Assembly: GCF_009914755.1 (NCBI RefSeq)
Contig: NC_060930.1
Length of the DNA: 64,000 bases
Strand: one strand, 5' to 3'
From: the human T2T-CHM13v2.0 reference genome, Homo sapiens
In this document: piece after piece, positions 62,896-64,000 of the stretch
How positions within the stretch are numbered: position 1 is the first letter of the stretch
Layout of the letters: the number at the start of each line of letters is the position of its first letter
Program-made: the position numbers and the translations under genes
Notes under the pieces: generated by a model
What the model was told of the DNA's origin: nothing
Database searches by the model: none
The model's input: the letters and a program-made list of their open reading frames with translations, nothing else

Positions 62896-63224
62896 GTAAA
62901 ATCCAAATTTCTTTTCTCGAGCAAGAATTAAACTTCAAAAATAACACTCGGTTCATCACCTCTCCCTGATTTGTATACCTTACTCAGCTTTGTTGATTGA
63001 GTCGATATTTGGCCTTTTATGAATTAATGATTTTAATTAAGGAGTTATATTTCCTCCATATGTATATTATTAATTTCCAATGGTAATATTAATGGCCACT
63101 GCTTTAGAGGAAACATTCATGTTCCTACAATCTGCTAATCTGTAGACTGAGAAGATATATCACCTTGAAATTTATCAAAACTTACTTTCTTCTTGATCTT
63201 TTAAAATTATCCTAATTACCTCAT

Positions 63225-63422
63225 TGTATTAGTCCATTTTCACACTGCTATAAAGAAATACCCAAGACTGGGTTATTTATAAAGGAAAGAGAACTCACTC
63301 ACTATCAGGAGAGCAGCATGGGGAAAACCGCCCCCCATGATCTAATCACTTCCCTTCCTCCACATGGAGGGATTACAATGTGAGGTGAGATTTGGGTGTG
63401 GACAGAAAGCCAAACCATATCA
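63225..63422 (-). mobile_element. Internally deleted THE1/MST LTR in CENPW intron 2
   Basis: Both termini present (TGTATTAGTCCATTTT...GCCAAACCATATCA) but only 198 bp. The middle portion seen in the 20422 copy is absent. Confidence 0.85.
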
Positions 63423-63453
63423 CCAATTATTTGATTTCTTTTAACTTTGTTTT

Positions 63454-63543
63454 GGCAGAGGTTGCAGTGTGCCAAGATCGCACCATTGCACTCTAGCCTG
63501 GGCAACAAGTGCGAAACTCCGTCTCAAAAAAAGGAAAAAAAAA
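63454..63543 (+). mobile_element. 5'-truncated Alu (3' ~70 bp plus A tail)
   Basis: GGCAGAGGTTGCAGTG...CTGGGCAACAAGTGCGAAACTCCGTCTCAAAAAAA. Confidence 0.88.
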
Positions 63544-64000
63544 TCTCTTATAAGTAGAGATGATTGCTTTTTACTGTTATTTTTATATAATGTTAAGAAT
63601 ATGTTGCCTACGGTGCAGTTTTCCAGATATGTTCCTGAAAATGTTATTTCCAAATGATGTTAATCAAGGCCCTACCTCAGATGCTTCTGTTGTCAAATAA
63701 GTGTAGATAACCTTGCATACTATACTTCCTTGATTAGTCACAGTATTATTGTAGAACTTGTTTCTGTAAGAATATGTAAGAAACTGGCAACCACAGTTGA
63801 CTGGGGATGATAGAGGAGGGAAACTTATTTTTGACAGTCTACCTCTTTGTAGACGTTTTTGTTTTAGATTTATTTTGAAATAAGGTACAAAAGATAGTTT
63901 AGAGTTCCCATGTACCCTGTATCCAGTTTCTCATAATCCTAATGTCTTAAATAACTATAGTCATGTAAAGTTATGAAAGGCTATGAGAGAAATATAGCAA

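Overview
Primate, almost certainly human, genomic DNA. About 56 kb of gene-free, repeat-dense sequence is followed by the 5' part of CENPW (centromere protein W, histone-fold kinetochore protein) on the + strand: CpG-rich promoter ~56560-57200, coding exon 1 (56851-56976, alternative donor at 57021) and exon 2 (62782-62895). The last exon lies beyond the window. The upstream region is a stack of retroelements and DNA-transposon fossils. The most striking is a nested complex at 38873-52131: an MLT1 LTR split by a two-LTR ERV1 (LTR37-like) provirus, which itself holds a full-length L1PA3/4-type LINE-1 and three Alus. I found no convincing new biological system. The best leads are a 157-bp ~96% identical direct repeat bracketing the CENPW promoter and exon 1, whose intronic copy has gained a consensus splice donor (candidate poison exon); an exact CDE-4nt-CHR plus MYB cell-cycle module in the promoter; an open 154-codon L1 ORF0; and a very young AluYa-lineage insertion. 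Repeat subfamily names come from remembered consensus sequences, not a RepeatMasker run, and boundaries of old repeats are approximate.
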